Shown here piece by piece: positions 52,365-63,900 of a stretch of 64,000 bases of DNA. The first letter of the stretch is position 1, and each line of letters begins with the position of its first letter. The position numbers and the translations under genes are program-made. The stretch is from NCBI GenBank assembly GCA_965204575.1, contig OZ241993.1, positions 832,001 through 896,000 of the forward strand, in the 5' to 3' direction. Under the pieces are notes generated by a model that worked only from the letters and a program-made list of their open reading frames with translations, had not been told where the DNA came from and ran no database searches. Origin of the DNA: an uncultured candidatus Porisulfidus sp. (lineage in GTDB: Bacteria > Pseudomonadota > Gammaproteobacteria > Poriferisulfidales > Poriferisulfidaceae).

Positions 52365-53966
52365 CTATTCCGCTGATACCAGCCGGGTGGCGCTCCACTG
52401 GTCGTGCCAGCAGAGCCGCGCCGCGCCGAACAGGCTCCACAGGAAACCCAGTCCAAGGCAGGCCCAGGACAAGATGGCGCCCAAGCCCCGAATCATGGCA
52501 GCCCCCCAGCCGATCCTCTGGCCATCCACGGTCTCGATGCGGACCCGCCAGGCACGCATGCCGACGGTGGCGCCGCGGGAACGCCAGCACAGGACGAAAT
52601 AAGCCAGCCCGACGACTGAAAGGTAGGCTTGGTACAGCATGCGCTCCGGGGAACCGGGCACGGATAGGTCCAGCATGGCAAACGGAACGCTGGCGGCCCA
52701 CCAGATGGCGGCCAGCGCCAGGAGGTCATAGAGGATGCAACCCAATCGCCGCCAGAGGCCGATGGTGTTCGCAGACGGCGCGGTATGCGAGTGTGGCAAT
52801 TGGGAGGGAGAGTTTTTCAGGGATTCCGGAGGATGGTGCTGCAGGAAAAAAGAGATTTGATCCAAGGTAAGGATTAACTGCAAAGCACGCGCCTTAGTGT
52901 ATTTTTCTTTGCTGGCAACTCCATGTCCTACAGAGTGCCGAGAAAAATCGATACTATTTTCTCCTACATTGAATCCTTTGAAAAAAACATCTCCGATGTA
53001 CTTGTTGAATAAACCAGGAAAGCCGAGGCTACCTGAATCCGAGAAGTTCTCTCCTGCTCGGTCTAGCATATATCGCTTCAAGTCTACGGTTTTAGGATGT
53101 GGCTTTCCTTTTGATCCCATTGTGTTGTGATAATCCAACCTAACAATTCCTTCGATTTCACTAGCAAGAGTTTTAATACAATGAACAATGCTGTCAGATT
53201 CGCCCTTGTTATAAGCATTAAGTCCGGCAGTAATTAATTCTTTTTTCTCATTAAAAACCTCGCTTGCCCACCAATACTTTGTAAAGTTTTCTATTCTTTT
53301 GTCGGTAAACGAATCGATTATGCGATCTTCGGTGATTTTAATTTCTTGATTATTATTGATGTCAAGTATGAGCTGGTCGAATTCCTCTCCAAGGATTTGT
53401 ATGAAGGGAAACCAGCCGAGGTTGAATAGGCGCTCAAAGTTATCTTGGATGGAAAGAAAGGAATACAAGGAATAAAATTTTATTTTTCTGAAGCATCTGC
53501 CAAGATCTATCCACAATTTGTCGGTTTCCAAGCGCCCAGAGAAATCAAAATAGAGGCCAAAACTCCAACTAATCCTGAATAGCCATACGAATTTATCTCC
53601 ATTTTTTAAATCGAGCGTGAACGTGGAATCTTGGAACCTGACTTCTGCAATGTCCAGCACTTGGTTATCAAAAACGGCACAGCCTCCTTGGAGATGTACT
53701 TTAGATTTGATCCTCAACATAACTGGGTATTTTTTATATATATATGCTTTTTTGTTTCGGATAATAATTAAAACCTGATTCAGGTTTTCCAGATTCAGGT
53801 CAGAAAACTGGTTCAGTATTTGGTCAAAAAAGTGGCGGTGGTCATTATCGTAGGATGTGAAAAACGCTTTACATAGGACTTTAACTTGTTCTCCTTTATT
53901 TGCTGCATTCATAGAGAGGCCGAGCAGGTCCCCAACTTCTTGAATTTCGTGCCGGTAGTTTTCCAT
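52365..53966 (-). CDS. HEPN-like protein (AT-rich N-terminal ~377 aa) fused in frame to the host RDD-family membrane protein
   Basis: SEIEGIVR and RHSVGHG (Rx4H, 52923-52940). C-terminal LWRRLGCILYDLL..GATVGMRAWRVRI..WHDQWSATRLV is the RDD domain. Abrupt GC shift near 52845. Confidence 0.75.
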   Translation of the reverse strand: MENYRHEIQEVGDLLGLSMNAANKGEQVKVLCKAFFTSYDNDHRHFFDQILNQFSDLNLENLNQVLIIIRNKKAYIYKKYPVMLRIKSKVHLQGGCAVFDNQVLDIAEVRFQDSTFTLDLKNGDKFVWLFRISWSFGLYFDFSGRLETDKLWIDLGRCFRKIKFYSLYSFLSIQDNFERLFNLGWFPFIQILGEEFDQLILDINNNQEIKITEDRIIDSFTDKRIENFTKYWWASEVFNEKKELITAGLNAYNKGESDSIVHCIKTLASEIEGIVRLDYHNTMGSKGKPHPKTVDLKRYMLDRAGENFSDSGSLGFPGLFNKYIGDVFFKGFNVGENSIDFSRHSVGHGVASKEKYTKARALQLILTLDQISFFLQHHPPESLKNSPSQLPHSHTAPSANTIGLWRRLGCILYDLLALAAIWWAASVPFAMLDLSVPGSPERMLYQAYLSVVGLAYFVLCWRSRGATVGMRAWRVRIETVDGQRIGWGAAMIRGLGAILSWACLGLGFLWSLFGAARLCWHDQWSATRLVSAE

Positions 53967-53983
53967 ATGTACTTGACGCTATT

Positions 53984-55501
53984 TCATGTTCTGCCATTGT
54001 TCGCTTGCATTGCGGACGCATTAGCACTTTCTAACAGCACTTTTAAACTTTGTAAATTGCCGGCATAGTTGATTAGATAATAACCAAACGGATGAAAAGA
54101 GCCCCTACCACTTCGCCGCCAATCCCTAATGTCCCACCCTGCATCGACAAGGTCTGAGGCGGCAAAAATAAATTCAAGTGTATTAGTTAGAAAAACTACT
54201 GTGGCCATTTCCGCTTCGTAATTAATCTTGGCTTCGCCCCCATGGACAAAAAAATTCCGGCAGTCTACAGCTTCATCTACAACCACGAGAATATCGGGAA
54301 TCCAATCTTCTATTACTTCTATGAGGACCTGAGACCTGTGATGTATTTTCCGCTTGAGTGTTAATTTTCCTACGCGACCAAGAGCGCTAAGTACGCTGTT
54401 GCGGTCCATACATTCTGGTAGTTTTCTAAATATCTTTTTAGCTTCTTCGGTAGCAAGCACTAAATTTTCAGAAATCGTTTCACTGTCAGGAAACTCGCTA
54501 TCTGGCAAAAAATCGAACGTGTTGGCTGATCTGATCATGCGATCTTCTACAAAGACATTATTGTTTTCCCATCCGCTAGAGAAACTTAATCGAGCGTTAC
54601 TCCAAGCCGCATCTCGCTCAAGCCATGTTTTGAGAACACGGGCAAACTCGTCTGGATCGTGAGCCGCATTTATCAATGTATCGCGTATAGTCGGATCATC
54701 TTCTACTGGCTCTTTGGGTTCGGGGTACATACTGGCATAGACATCGACCACTTTGGGAGGCGAGTTGGCCCCCCACACGATCTTAATCTCAGTTGGATAT
54801 TGTGTAGTCCCCACCATCAGCGAGAAGAAACGCAAAGTCTGACGCATTCTGGAAAGTGCCAATTCGGTCGTGATTGCTTCCTCAAACTTGATGCCAATAA
54901 AGATTTTATTTTTCAGGTGCGCACCATCTGGCCCACCAAAGCCAACATTTAGCGAATGACCTGCGAAGATCTTACCGATATTAGTGGTAGACGAAAATAT
55001 CTCTTTTTCCCCTGTGTAATAGGCTATCAAGGGATGATCACACACCGAGATCTTGTTGCGGGGCTTCTCTGAATCTAAAACTTTTCTAAGCGTTCCACTG
55101 GAACACCTTAGAGTCCCGAAGGTATCAATTCCCTGGAACAATGTAGTTGAATCGTCTAAAGAAAACAGTATTTGAGAAACATTGCTATCAGTATCGTTAA
55201 CGTGATAATCGCCAAAAGTCACATAATATGCAGGTATGTCGTAGAAATGGTTCTCCACATCCTGTCTCCAACTAGTTCCCGGAGCCCCAGGAGTGATGCA
55301 TTCAATGAGAGACACTTTTGTTAAATCATTCAAAATACCTGTAATGGTCTTTCCAGAGGATGGGGTAATTGAAAAAGGGTTACTATCCCATACATGCAAC
55401 GAAGTTTTGAGGCCATCTAATAGGAGAGTGCCATGAACCTCTCTGTCGGGGGCAACAGTGAAAGTGCCGGTTAACAGCGAGTCACCATGTGGGCTTTTCA
55501 A
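53984..55501 (-). CDS. ApeA-like protein (ApeA N-terminal domain + HEPN)
   Basis: N-terminal G.F..HGTL..ITG..KVSLIEC beta domain; C-terminal RNFFVHG (Rx4H, 54242-54259); about 500 aa. Confidence 0.72.
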   Translation of the reverse strand: MKSPHGDSLLTGTFTVAPDREVHGTLLLDGLKTSLHVWDSNPFSITPSSGKTITGILNDLTKVSLIECITPGAPGTSWRQDVENHFYDIPAYYVTFGDYHVNDTDSNVSQILFSLDDSTTLFQGIDTFGTLRCSSGTLRKVLDSEKPRNKISVCDHPLIAYYTGEKEIFSSTTNIGKIFAGHSLNVGFGGPDGAHLKNKIFIGIKFEEAITTELALSRMRQTLRFFSLMVGTTQYPTEIKIVWGANSPPKVVDVYASMYPEPKEPVEDDPTIRDTLINAAHDPDEFARVLKTWLERDAAWSNARLSFSSGWENNNVFVEDRMIRSANTFDFLPDSEFPDSETISENLVLATEEAKKIFRKLPECMDRNSVLSALGRVGKLTLKRKIHHRSQVLIEVIEDWIPDILVVVDEAVDCRNFFVHGGEAKINYEAEMATVVFLTNTLEFIFAASDLVDAGWDIRDWRRSGRGSFHPFGYYLINYAGNLQSLKVLLESANASAMQANNGRT

Positions 55502-55521
55502 GAGAGATTCCTTGATTTAGG

Positions 55522-58500
55522 TTAGTCCGAGAAAGTTACTTGCAAAATTTCTGCAATCCGTCTTGCGGTGGACGAAAAATACTGCACTTCATCAGGTGTT
55601 AGTGCCCGTCCGAGAATAGCGTGTTCGCGGTAAGAAAGCCACTTCTTAAGTACTTGGTAGCCTCCTAATTTGTAATTCCAAACGTTTGCAGGAATGTTAC
55701 GCCAATAGGCATTAGTATTAAGGTAAATGTCAAAAGTTGTTTTGCCCAGCGCAGGCGTGGTTGCACCAAGAGTAGCTAGTTCTTCAGACGTATAGTCGCG
55801 CTCAATCATTCGTCCTGACCCCGGTTGTACTGCACCCTTTGATCCGAAATATCCCCATCTCGCCGTCAACTCAAAATCGCCACCATCCATATTATTTCCA
55901 TTCAGTGTCATAGGCACGGAAATAGTTGAAACCCCAACATTTAGGATTCCTTCCGTAATGCCTGAAACAGGCACATCAGGGTTAAGCAATTGTGCCAACT
56001 TGCGACCGCGCTCTGATAGCCGAAAGAATTCTTCTGCAGCACTCTCGGCCTCGCCGTTAGGCCAATCTGGGAGTGGAATACGTGGCCATTCCATACGCAG
56101 TGCTCCAGCGTTGGCTTTGCGGTAATCTGGACAGTGCAGTGTTGCGATAATGTAGTGAAATAGGTCTTCCACGCTCGACCCTATACGCTCAAGATAGCGT
56201 TCGGCCATTCCAGACAAGTTTGCGCGGCGCAAGCAACTGCCATCATTTCGAGTTTCTCCTTCACTAAGCCATGCTGGAAACATATTGGCTCCACGTTCAA
56301 TAAGATGTAGTGACGCGAGATGTTGTGTGACGCAAGCTTGAGGCGCTTCTGAATCTTTTCTCAAATGTGGGGCAGCCGACAACCAGACATTGCCCTCGAA
56401 CACATGCGGTTTGTATTCAGGCCGTTTTTCGTTTAACAACTTAGTTTCTGATTCCCAATACAACCAGCGATGGTCAAAAGGTCGGTATGTATGGCGAACA
56501 AAGCCGGCTTGATTGGGTCCTCCTCGTGCAAGCAGTGTATGGCGTATAGCGTGCGGTTTATATCGTGCCTTGACTTCCATAGCTGCCGGATAGCGATTTT
56601 TAATTTCATCATCGTCTAATTCTGGATTGAAGTAGTCCGTAACACGCATTTTCAGCCGATCACGATCGATATCAATCACAAACGCATCACGATTCGTATT
56701 GATTCCAGAATAGTTGACAGGAAGCAAATCGGGTAGTGTTGGCCAATCAAACCAATCATCACTCACTGTTGTTGGCGCGAAAGGCAACCCTAGGGGGAGG
56801 ATTGGTTCAATTTTCTTATAAAGTGTGTCTGGTTTTTCTTCCGCTGTTGCAATCAGTTCGGCATGCTTTTCTGATCCCCAAAGATTTCGAAAATCCACTG
56901 CATCAGTCGATTTGTGGTCGACTTTTCGTATTAGCGTCGTGATGGCCGTTCCGACTTGAATACCAACTGAATTCCCGGGAATAGAGAAAATACCCGGATC
57001 TGGTTTTCCCTCAGGAGTTTCCCCTCCTTTTCGGACATCTCCGTTTAGACAGTCGATACGAATTGCGTCGAATTCTTCGAGGTAATGCTCCCGCATTCCC
57101 GCAAATGAACGGCCGTCAAGCCAAGAATAATTAGAGATAAAACAGATAACACCTAGTTTGGTTTTTTCAGCAATGCGTCGCTCGGCCATGCGGAAGAAGC
57201 GAACGTAGAGATCATGCAACGCCCTACTGTCCGGCATTTCTGTTCGTCTTGCCGTCCTATAGACATCTAGAAGTGTTTGTTCTTCATCTACCGCAACACC
57301 TGCGAAGCCGTTGTAAGGAGGATTGCCAAGGATTACTAAGATTGGAGTTTCCTGTTTTACCTGCTCGGCGCGGTCGCGCTCCTCTCCAAGCTCTGGAAAG
57401 AGCAACGGCTTAGTTGTGCGAGACTCCCAGCCAGTAAGTGCATTAGTAAGGAATATACCAGCGCGCTCGGCACCATCATTTGCAAGTGCTGCGTTGAGTT
57501 TCTGCATTGCCAACCCGACCTGAAGGTGGGCAACAACAAAAGGTGCGGGCATTATCTCGAAACCGAATATTCGCTCCATTGCTGCTTGTTTCACTCGAGC
57601 GCCAACAAGTGCTCCAAGGCCACATCCCTCAAGATTGGCGGCAATACGACGTAATATTTCAGCAAGATACGCTCCAGTGCCACAGCATGGGTCGAGAACA
57701 TAGACATTCTCTGCCGCTAATCCGTCTGTGACGCCAAGATCATCTTTTAATGTCCGGTCCACACGAGCTACCATGTAACGAACCACTTCAGTAGGGGTAT
57801 ACCAGACACCAAGTTGTTTGCGCAAAATCGGGTCAAAGGCTTGCAAAAAGGGTTCGTAGAAATAAGGTACGACTTCGCCTTCATTAAAACGTGCGAAAAA
57901 AGCAGATCGGTCTACTCGGTCGAGTGTACTAGCTGTCCAGTCCAATACCTCAACAAGGCCAAGTGATTGCAACCGACCTGGGTCGGAAAGTTGTTGGAAT
58001 AGTGCACGTAATACAGGGGCTCGCAAATGCCAAACCGCTTCTCGCCAATTGAATTGTGATGATTTGTAGCCGCCTTCGAATAGAGGGCCATCGTCGGATT
58101 GTGTTTCTTGTGCCCACAACACCCAAGCTGAAAATACTCCATAAAACAGAGTCTGCACTAAAGTTGAGTGAAAAAAGCGCGCACCCTTTTCGCCCTCAAA
58201 ATGAACGCCGAGAGCGTCTTCAAGTGCCACACGCAATGACTCAAGTGTTGGGGTGTCACCTGCCATTTCGACACGTGCTAGTCCATCTCGGGCATAGGAT
58301 GCCAGTAACCAAGCCAGATCCTTCGGGTCAGTGAGCACTGCCTTATGTGACAATACCCGCGCAAGATACTCACCCAATCCTATTCCAGTTTCGCGAGCGA
58401 AAGCACGAGGTTTTTCCAACTTCTGGTGGAAAGCACCCGCACTATCTGTTAACTGAAATGTTTCCAATTTCGCAGGGTTACCTGATGCGTCTTGGCCTAG

Positions 58501-58890
58501 CAACACAAAATCATGCGTATTCGTCACCAATACCATCCGGTGTTGGTTCCAGTAACGGCTTACTTGATTACTCTTTGCTGTTAGCCAACTATCATCAGAC
58601 GCATCTTTCACCTCAATCACGCCTCGTTCTGGCTTCTGACCCTCACGTGGTTGGCCTTTTTGCACTTGTTTGGCCGTATACAGTCCAATGTCTGGATGGC
58701 CAGCCCCCATATCCGCAAGTTGGATAACACAGAAGACCTTTGGATTGAGTGTTTTACCTATAGCGTTTAACAGGTTCGCAAGTGGTCCATAAGTCGACAA
58801 TTCTGGAGTGGCTCCACCTGATGCATGTATTCTTCGAAGATCAGCAAAATATGCTTCTGATGCTGCCGAGAACTTCTTTTTTTGAGTCAT
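55522..58890 (-). CDS. Single-chain restriction-modification enzyme (nuclease, N6-adenine MTase, Type ISP-like specificity domain; no helicase)
   Basis: HPD..IEVK PD-(D/E)xK; YFYEPFL..GVWYTP; LDPCCGTG; GNPPY; YRPFD; WNYKLGGYQVLKKWLSYR. Confidence 0.88.
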   Translation of the reverse strand: MTQKKKFSAASEAYFADLRRIHASGGATPELSTYGPLANLLNAIGKTLNPKVFCVIQLADMGAGHPDIGLYTAKQVQKGQPREGQKPERGVIEVKDASDDSWLTAKSNQVSRYWNQHRMVLVTNTHDFVLLGQDASGNPAKLETFQLTDSAGAFHQKLEKPRAFARETGIGLGEYLARVLSHKAVLTDPKDLAWLLASYARDGLARVEMAGDTPTLESLRVALEDALGVHFEGEKGARFFHSTLVQTLFYGVFSAWVLWAQETQSDDGPLFEGGYKSSQFNWREAVWHLRAPVLRALFQQLSDPGRLQSLGLVEVLDWTASTLDRVDRSAFFARFNEGEVVPYFYEPFLQAFDPILRKQLGVWYTPTEVVRYMVARVDRTLKDDLGVTDGLAAENVYVLDPCCGTGAYLAEILRRIAANLEGCGLGALVGARVKQAAMERIFGFEIMPAPFVVAHLQVGLAMQKLNAALANDGAERAGIFLTNALTGWESRTTKPLLFPELGEERDRAEQVKQETPILVILGNPPYNGFAGVAVDEEQTLLDVYRTARRTEMPDSRALHDLYVRFFRMAERRIAEKTKLGVICFISNYSWLDGRSFAGMREHYLEEFDAIRIDCLNGDVRKGGETPEGKPDPGIFSIPGNSVGIQVGTAITTLIRKVDHKSTDAVDFRNLWGSEKHAELIATAEEKPDTLYKKIEPILPLGLPFAPTTVSDDWFDWPTLPDLLPVNYSGINTNRDAFVIDIDRDRLKMRVTDYFNPELDDDEIKNRYPAAMEVKARYKPHAIRHTLLARGGPNQAGFVRHTYRPFDHRWLYWESETKLLNEKRPEYKPHVFEGNVWLSAAPHLRKDSEAPQACVTQHLASLHLIERGANMFPAWLSEGETRNDGSCLRRANLSGMAERYLERIGSSVEDLFHYIIATLHCPDYRKANAGALRMEWPRIPLPDWPNGEAESAAEEFFRLSERGRKLAQLLNPDVPVSGITEGILNVGVSTISVPMTLNGNNMDGGDFELTARWGYFGSKGAVQPGSGRMIERDYTSEELATLGATTPALGKTTFDIYLNTNAYWRNIPANVWNYKLGGYQVLKKWLSYREHAILGRALTPDEVQYFSSTARRIAEILQVTFSD

Positions 58891-59323
58891 TTTCTACATT
58901 ATTCCCGATGCTTGGCATGGCACCAATTTGACGACTGACTTCAGTCTGGACTCTACTGAAGCGCGTGTTATCTTCTGTCATCTGCGCAATATACGCAAGA
59001 GTTTCCCTATGCCGTGGCAGATAATCAACGCTATGTTACTAGACAGGTTTCCTTGATTTTTTGGAGTTGCTATAACTCGATTTTCTGACATCGCAACTTT
59101 TCCCTGAGCCTGTTTACTAACAGCTTCACCCAGTTAGGTTAATCGAGCAACAGTTTTCTCTGTCTGCCGGGCGTATATGTTTCTTTCATAATTGTAGTTG
59201 TAGGATATCGCCTTTCTCTAGAAGTAGGCGAACTTTATTTTCTAATCTGCCATGGGCACGGAAAGGTCGAAGAAAACCTGGGAAGACTAGAGCCGAGGGC
59301 GCACTGCTGTATACTTTCCACGC

Positions 59324-60217
59324 ATGTCCGACGCCGACATAATCGACACATTCCTCGACAGCAGCTGGGCGGAGCAGGGGCTCGCACGCTCGACGATGCT
59401 GGCATATCGGTCTGATTTAACAGGATTTTCAAAATGGCTCAACGCTCAGGGTGCGAACTTGCGCGCGGCGGATGGCGGCGACATCCAGATGTATCTGGCT
59501 TCCCGGCTCCAAAAAGGCATGCAGGCCAGCAGCGTGGCGCGCATCCTGTCGGCGATTCGGCTGTTCTACCGCTATGCGAAGCGGCACGCCCTGCGCAGCG
59601 ACGACCCCTGCACGCAGATCATCACCCCGAAGCCGTCCCGGTACCTGCCCTCGGTGTTGAGCGAGCAGGAAACCGAAACCCTGTTGAACATGCCGAATAC
59701 GGACACCCCCAAGGGACTGCGGGACCGCGCCATGCTGGAACTGCTGTATGCCTGCGGACTCAGGGTGAGTGAACTCGTCACCCTCAAACAAGGTCAGATC
59801 AACATGAAAACCGGAGTCTTGCGCCTAGTGGGGAAAGGCATGAAGGAACGGCTGGTGCCGATCGGCGAATGTGCGACCGATTGGCTGGAGCGTTACCTCC
59901 GGGATTCCCGGCCGGCGTTATTGAAGGACCGCCCCCGGACCGAGGACCTGTTTGTCACCCGCCAAGGCCGGGCGATGACCCGCCAGGCTTTCTGGCAGAT
60001 GCTGCGTCAAGTGGCCCGGAAGGCCGGCATCACCAAACCGCTGACACCGCACACGCTGAGGCACACGTTCGCCACGCACCTGCTCAACCATGGGGCGGAC
60101 TTGCGGGTGGTGCAGATGCTGCTCGGCCACAGCGATCTCGCTACGACCCAAATCTACACTCACGTCGCTCATGACAAACTCAAAGACATGCACCGGGTTC
60201 ACCACCCTCGTGGCTAG
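59324..60217 (+). CDS. xerD: Site-specific tyrosine recombinase XerD
   Basis: [70 protein letters not shown]; precedes dsbC. Confidence 0.96.
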   Translation: MSDADIIDTFLDSSWAEQGLARSTMLAYRSDLTGFSKWLNAQGANLRAADGGDIQMYLASRLQKGMQASSVARILSAIRLFYRYAKRHALRSDDPCTQIITPKPSRYLPSVLSEQETETLLNMPNTDTPKGLRDRAMLELLYACGLRVSELVTLKQGQINMKTGVLRLVGKGMKERLVPIGECATDWLERYLRDSRPALLKDRPRTEDLFVTRQGRAMTRQAFWQMLRQVARKAGITKPLTPHTLRHTFATHLLNHGADLRVVQMLLGHSDLATTQIYTHVAHDKLKDMHRVHHPRG

Positions 60218-60920
60218 GCGAGTCCTGTTGCTCGGTGCTTTGCTGCTCGCGGCCGCAGTTTCCGCGGAAACGAACAGCGAACAGCTCCGGGAACGCCTGC
60301 AGCTGCTGATACCGGACCATACGCCGGACCAGATCCGCCCTTCGCCGTCGCCGGGCTTGTACGAAGTGTTGTACGGCGCGGACATTTTCTACATTACGAG
60401 TGACGGGGAGCACCTGATTACGGGCGGCAATCTGATCGATGTGGACAGCCGGATCAATCTGACAGAGATTTCCCGGGCCGAGGTTCGGGCGAGACTGCTG
60501 GGCGCTTACGGCACGGACAAGATGCTGGTCTTCCCGGCGACCACGTCGCGTCGTCATTCGCTCGTCGTGGTGACGGATATCGACTGCCCGTACTGCCAGA
60601 GATTCCATGAGCATATCGAGGAGCTCAACAATGCCGGGATCGAAGTCCGCTATCTGCTGTACCCGCGGGCTGGCGAGGGGAGCGAGAGCTATCAGAAGTC
60701 GGTCAGCGTCTGGTGTTCCAATGATCCCCTGGATGCGCTGACCCGTGCCAAGCGCCGAGAATCGATCTCGCCGAAGACCTGTGCGAACCCGGTCCTGGAG
60801 CACATGAACCTGGTCGAGCGAATCAACATCCGGTCGACCCCCTCCATTTTCCTGTCGGACGGTTCGCTGATCCGCGGCTACCGCCCGCCGGCGGAGATCC
60901 TGGCCCTGCTTGGCGACTGA
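60210..60920 (+). CDS. dsbC: Disulfide isomerase DsbC
   Basis: Signal peptide, [24 protein letters not shown]; xerD-dsbC synteny. Confidence 0.92.
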   Translation: MARRVLLLGALLLAAAVSAETNSEQLRERLQLLIPDHTPDQIRPSPSPGLYEVLYGADIFYITSDGEHLITGGNLIDVDSRINLTEISRAEVRARLLGAYGTDKMLVFPATTSRRHSLVVVTDIDCPYCQRFHEHIEELNNAGIEVRYLLYPRAGEGSESYQKSVSVWCSNDPLDALTRAKRRESISPKTCANPVLEHMNLVERINIRSTPSIFLSDGSLIRGYRPPAEILALLGD

Positions 60921-60929
60921 TTTGGGATT

Positions 60930-63900
60930 CTACGGATCGGGCATGTCGTGCAGCCGGCGGCTGCGCGTGAACAGCAGGGAACAGCGTACCGGCCGGTCGG
61001 GGTAGACGAGGCGGATGTAGCGGGCGTATTCGTTCATCTGCCCCGCATAACGCTCGGCGATTCCAGCCAATTCTTCCGGGTCCTCCGTGGCGTGGGACTT
61101 GAAGTCGATGACCCAGGCCATATCCGGGGAGAGCAGCAGCCGGTCGATGATGCCGAATCCCTCGCCCGCCTCGGTTTTGCAGGCGACGGGCACTTCCGTG
61201 TACACGCGGGTCTGGGCGCCGGGCCGGAAAACCGGATCCAGTTCCGGGTCGGCGACCACCCGGCGGGCTTCGTCCAACCAATCCTGAAAGTCGGGACCCT
61301 CAAGGTCGCGGTTGTGGTCGTGCGCCAGGCGTTCGAGTTCGGTCCGGTCCGGTTCGCTGGCTCCCAGCCGTTCGATCAGGGCATGGATGGCGCGCCCGCG
61401 TTCCAGTGCGCGCTGACGTTCCAGGATTCCGTCCACGTCTCCGGTTTCGTCCAACTCGCCGACCATGCTTGGCGACGCCGTGCTCGGAAGTGCGAGCGGT
61501 GTGCCCAGCCCGGTGCAGTCCGGTTCCGGCACGGAGGGGGGAGGCGCGGCATCAGCGGATAGAGTGGGCGGCTTCGGGCCCCGGGCCAGCAACCTGTCTT
61601 CCTTTCCGGGCGCCCCCGGGAACAATTCCCGAAGCTCTTCGTGGAGTTCTTTGTACTGGCAGAGGATCAGCATCTGCCGGGCACGGGTAAATGCGACATA
61701 GGCACGGTTGAGTTCTTCTGCCTGTCTTTTCTGGTGTGCCAGTTCCAGGCATTCCAGCGAGCAGGAATCCATGTCTTCCTTGCGGGGCCGGAACAAGAAA
61801 CGTCGGGGTCGGGCCTCGTCGGCGGGCCAGTCAAGCAAGATGTCGCCTTGTCGGCCTTGTTTCGTGGGCTTGTCCAGTTCAGCGTACACGATGATCGGAC
61901 TCTCTAGGCCTTTGGCCGCGTGCACGGTCAGAATCTGGACGCGGTCGTCCTGGTCGTCTGATTTCAGGCTGACAAGATCGGGAGCGTCGTAGCCCTCGAC
62001 GCGGCCGCAGCGCATTTCCTCGATGAAGTGGACGAAAGCCGCCGTGCTGGGGTAGCGTCCGCTGTCAAACTCCAGGGTCAGCTCGATGAAGCGGGTCAGG
62101 TTGCTGACCGCGCGCTCGCCGCGTTCTTCGTTCGGCCAGGCGTACCGGTAGCAGCGCAAGGCATCCGTCTCGAAGTAAATCCGGTCCAGCAGGTCATGGG
62201 TAGGGATGTGACCGATCAGCTTCCGCCACTTTTTGAAGTCTCCGTCTGCACGCCGCAACGGATGATCCGGGTCTTTCTGTTGGGCCAGGATTTCCAGGCG
62301 CTCGACCCAGCGGCCCGCACCCGCATTCGTGCGTGCCAGTTCCATCAGTTCCTCGTCCGTAATGTTGTACAGGGGGGAGCGCAGCACCTGCACCAGGTGC
62401 AGGTCGTCCGCCGGGCGAATCAGGGACTGGAGCAGGGCCTGCATGTCCCGCACTTCCAAATGGTTGAGCAGGGTCTGTCGGGACTGGCGCGCGAAAGGGA
62501 TCTTGAGCCGTGCCAGTGCATGCTCGATCTGCGGCACATGGGTGCGCCGGTTTACCAGGATCATGCAATCGCGGTACCGGGCGGCGCGGGCTCCGCCCTC
62601 CCGGTCTTCGATGGCGATCCGTTCGTCGACGATTTGCCGGATTCGCTGGGCGATCTGGTCGGCCATCTGCTCCAGGTGGGTGGACCGGGTTTCGGGGCGG
62701 GGTTCAGTCAGGGGATTGCGCAGCGGTTCGCCGGGAAAATGCTCCGGCGACTTGTTGCGTGGCTCTTTCGGAATGAACGGGAGCAGTTCGACCCGCCCCC
62801 AGAGTTCTGCCAGACGAGTCTGGTGAGAAGGGAAATCCGGAAGAGGGAAGAGGCCGCCTTCGCCGAAAGCGGCGTTGACGAAGTCGATGATGACCTCGGA
62901 TGAACGGCGGGAGGCATCCATGGAGGCGGGTTCGTCCGCCTGTAAGTAGGACTGGAGATAAATGCCGGCCTCCTTCTGGATTTCCGGGTTGGCGCGCCGC
63001 CATTGGTAGATGGACTGCTTGGTATCGCCGACGATGAACGCGGAACTGGATCCGTCCTCGGTTTCGTGCAGGGCTTCGAGGAAGACCTGCAGGGTTTGCC
63101 AGGACAGGGCGTCGGTGTCCTGAAATTCGTCGACCAGCACGTGCCGGAAACGTTGCCCGAGCTTGTACTGAACCCACTCGATGCCGCCGTTCATTAGCCG
63201 GTTCGCGAACCACAGCAGGTCGTCGTAGTCCATGTAGCCGTATGTCTGCTTCAGGCGCTGGTAGTTCTCGGCCAGCCGCCCGACGACGGTGTACCAATGG
63301 CCGTTGAGTTCGCAGGCTTTCCGGCGTCGCAGTTCGTCCAGAGATTCGGAAGTCGATTGATGCCACGAATCAAGTTGCTGTTCGAGTTCCCTGGCATTGT
63401 CCTCGCCCAGGCGTTTCCGCACCGCGTCTTGCGTTGGAATAAGCGAGCGCCGAATGCCTTCTCCCTTTGGATCGTCCAGGGCTTGGTGGAGATGCTGGAT
63501 CTGTTCGAGGCTCCCGGCCTCGTCGTCGTCCAGCGCGCGACACAGTTTGACCGCGGCCCGGGCCTGGTTGGACTTCTCCGAGGCGCCGCTTTTCTGCAAA
63601 AGGCCCGCAAGACGGCGAATCCCCGGCTCGATTTTGGAAATCTGGATAGGGTCCGAATCTTCGTCCAGGCGAAAAACTTCATCGTGTAGATGTGCGCGCA
63701 ATTGTTCCAGGGTGAACTCGCCTTCGAAAGCGCGCCACTCCAGGATGTGTCCTCGAAATCCCTCCAGGATGCGGCGCAGGTTCCATAGGTTCGGAATCTC
63801 CGCCATGATCGCGTTCATGGATTCGGCCAATTCGCTGCCGGGGTTGCGGAGGGTCTCCTCGAAAAGCAAATCTTCTGAAGCCTGGTGTAAGCGGGCGGCC

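Larger units (their letters stand above)
52845..59240. mobile_element. AT-rich defence island between the RDD gene and xerD (boundaries approximate)
   Basis: GC is visibly much lower than the flanks; three co-oriented defence-type genes; no integrase of its own. Confidence 0.7.

Noticed and set aside
58891-59323. Hidden ORF or ncRNA in the 430-bp AT-rich gap
   Set aside because: Only very short ORFs and weak inverted matches; nothing supportable beyond the dif-like motif.
59324-60217. Island-encoded integrase
   Set aside because: Sequence, GC content and xerD-dsbC synteny identify it as housekeeping XerD.
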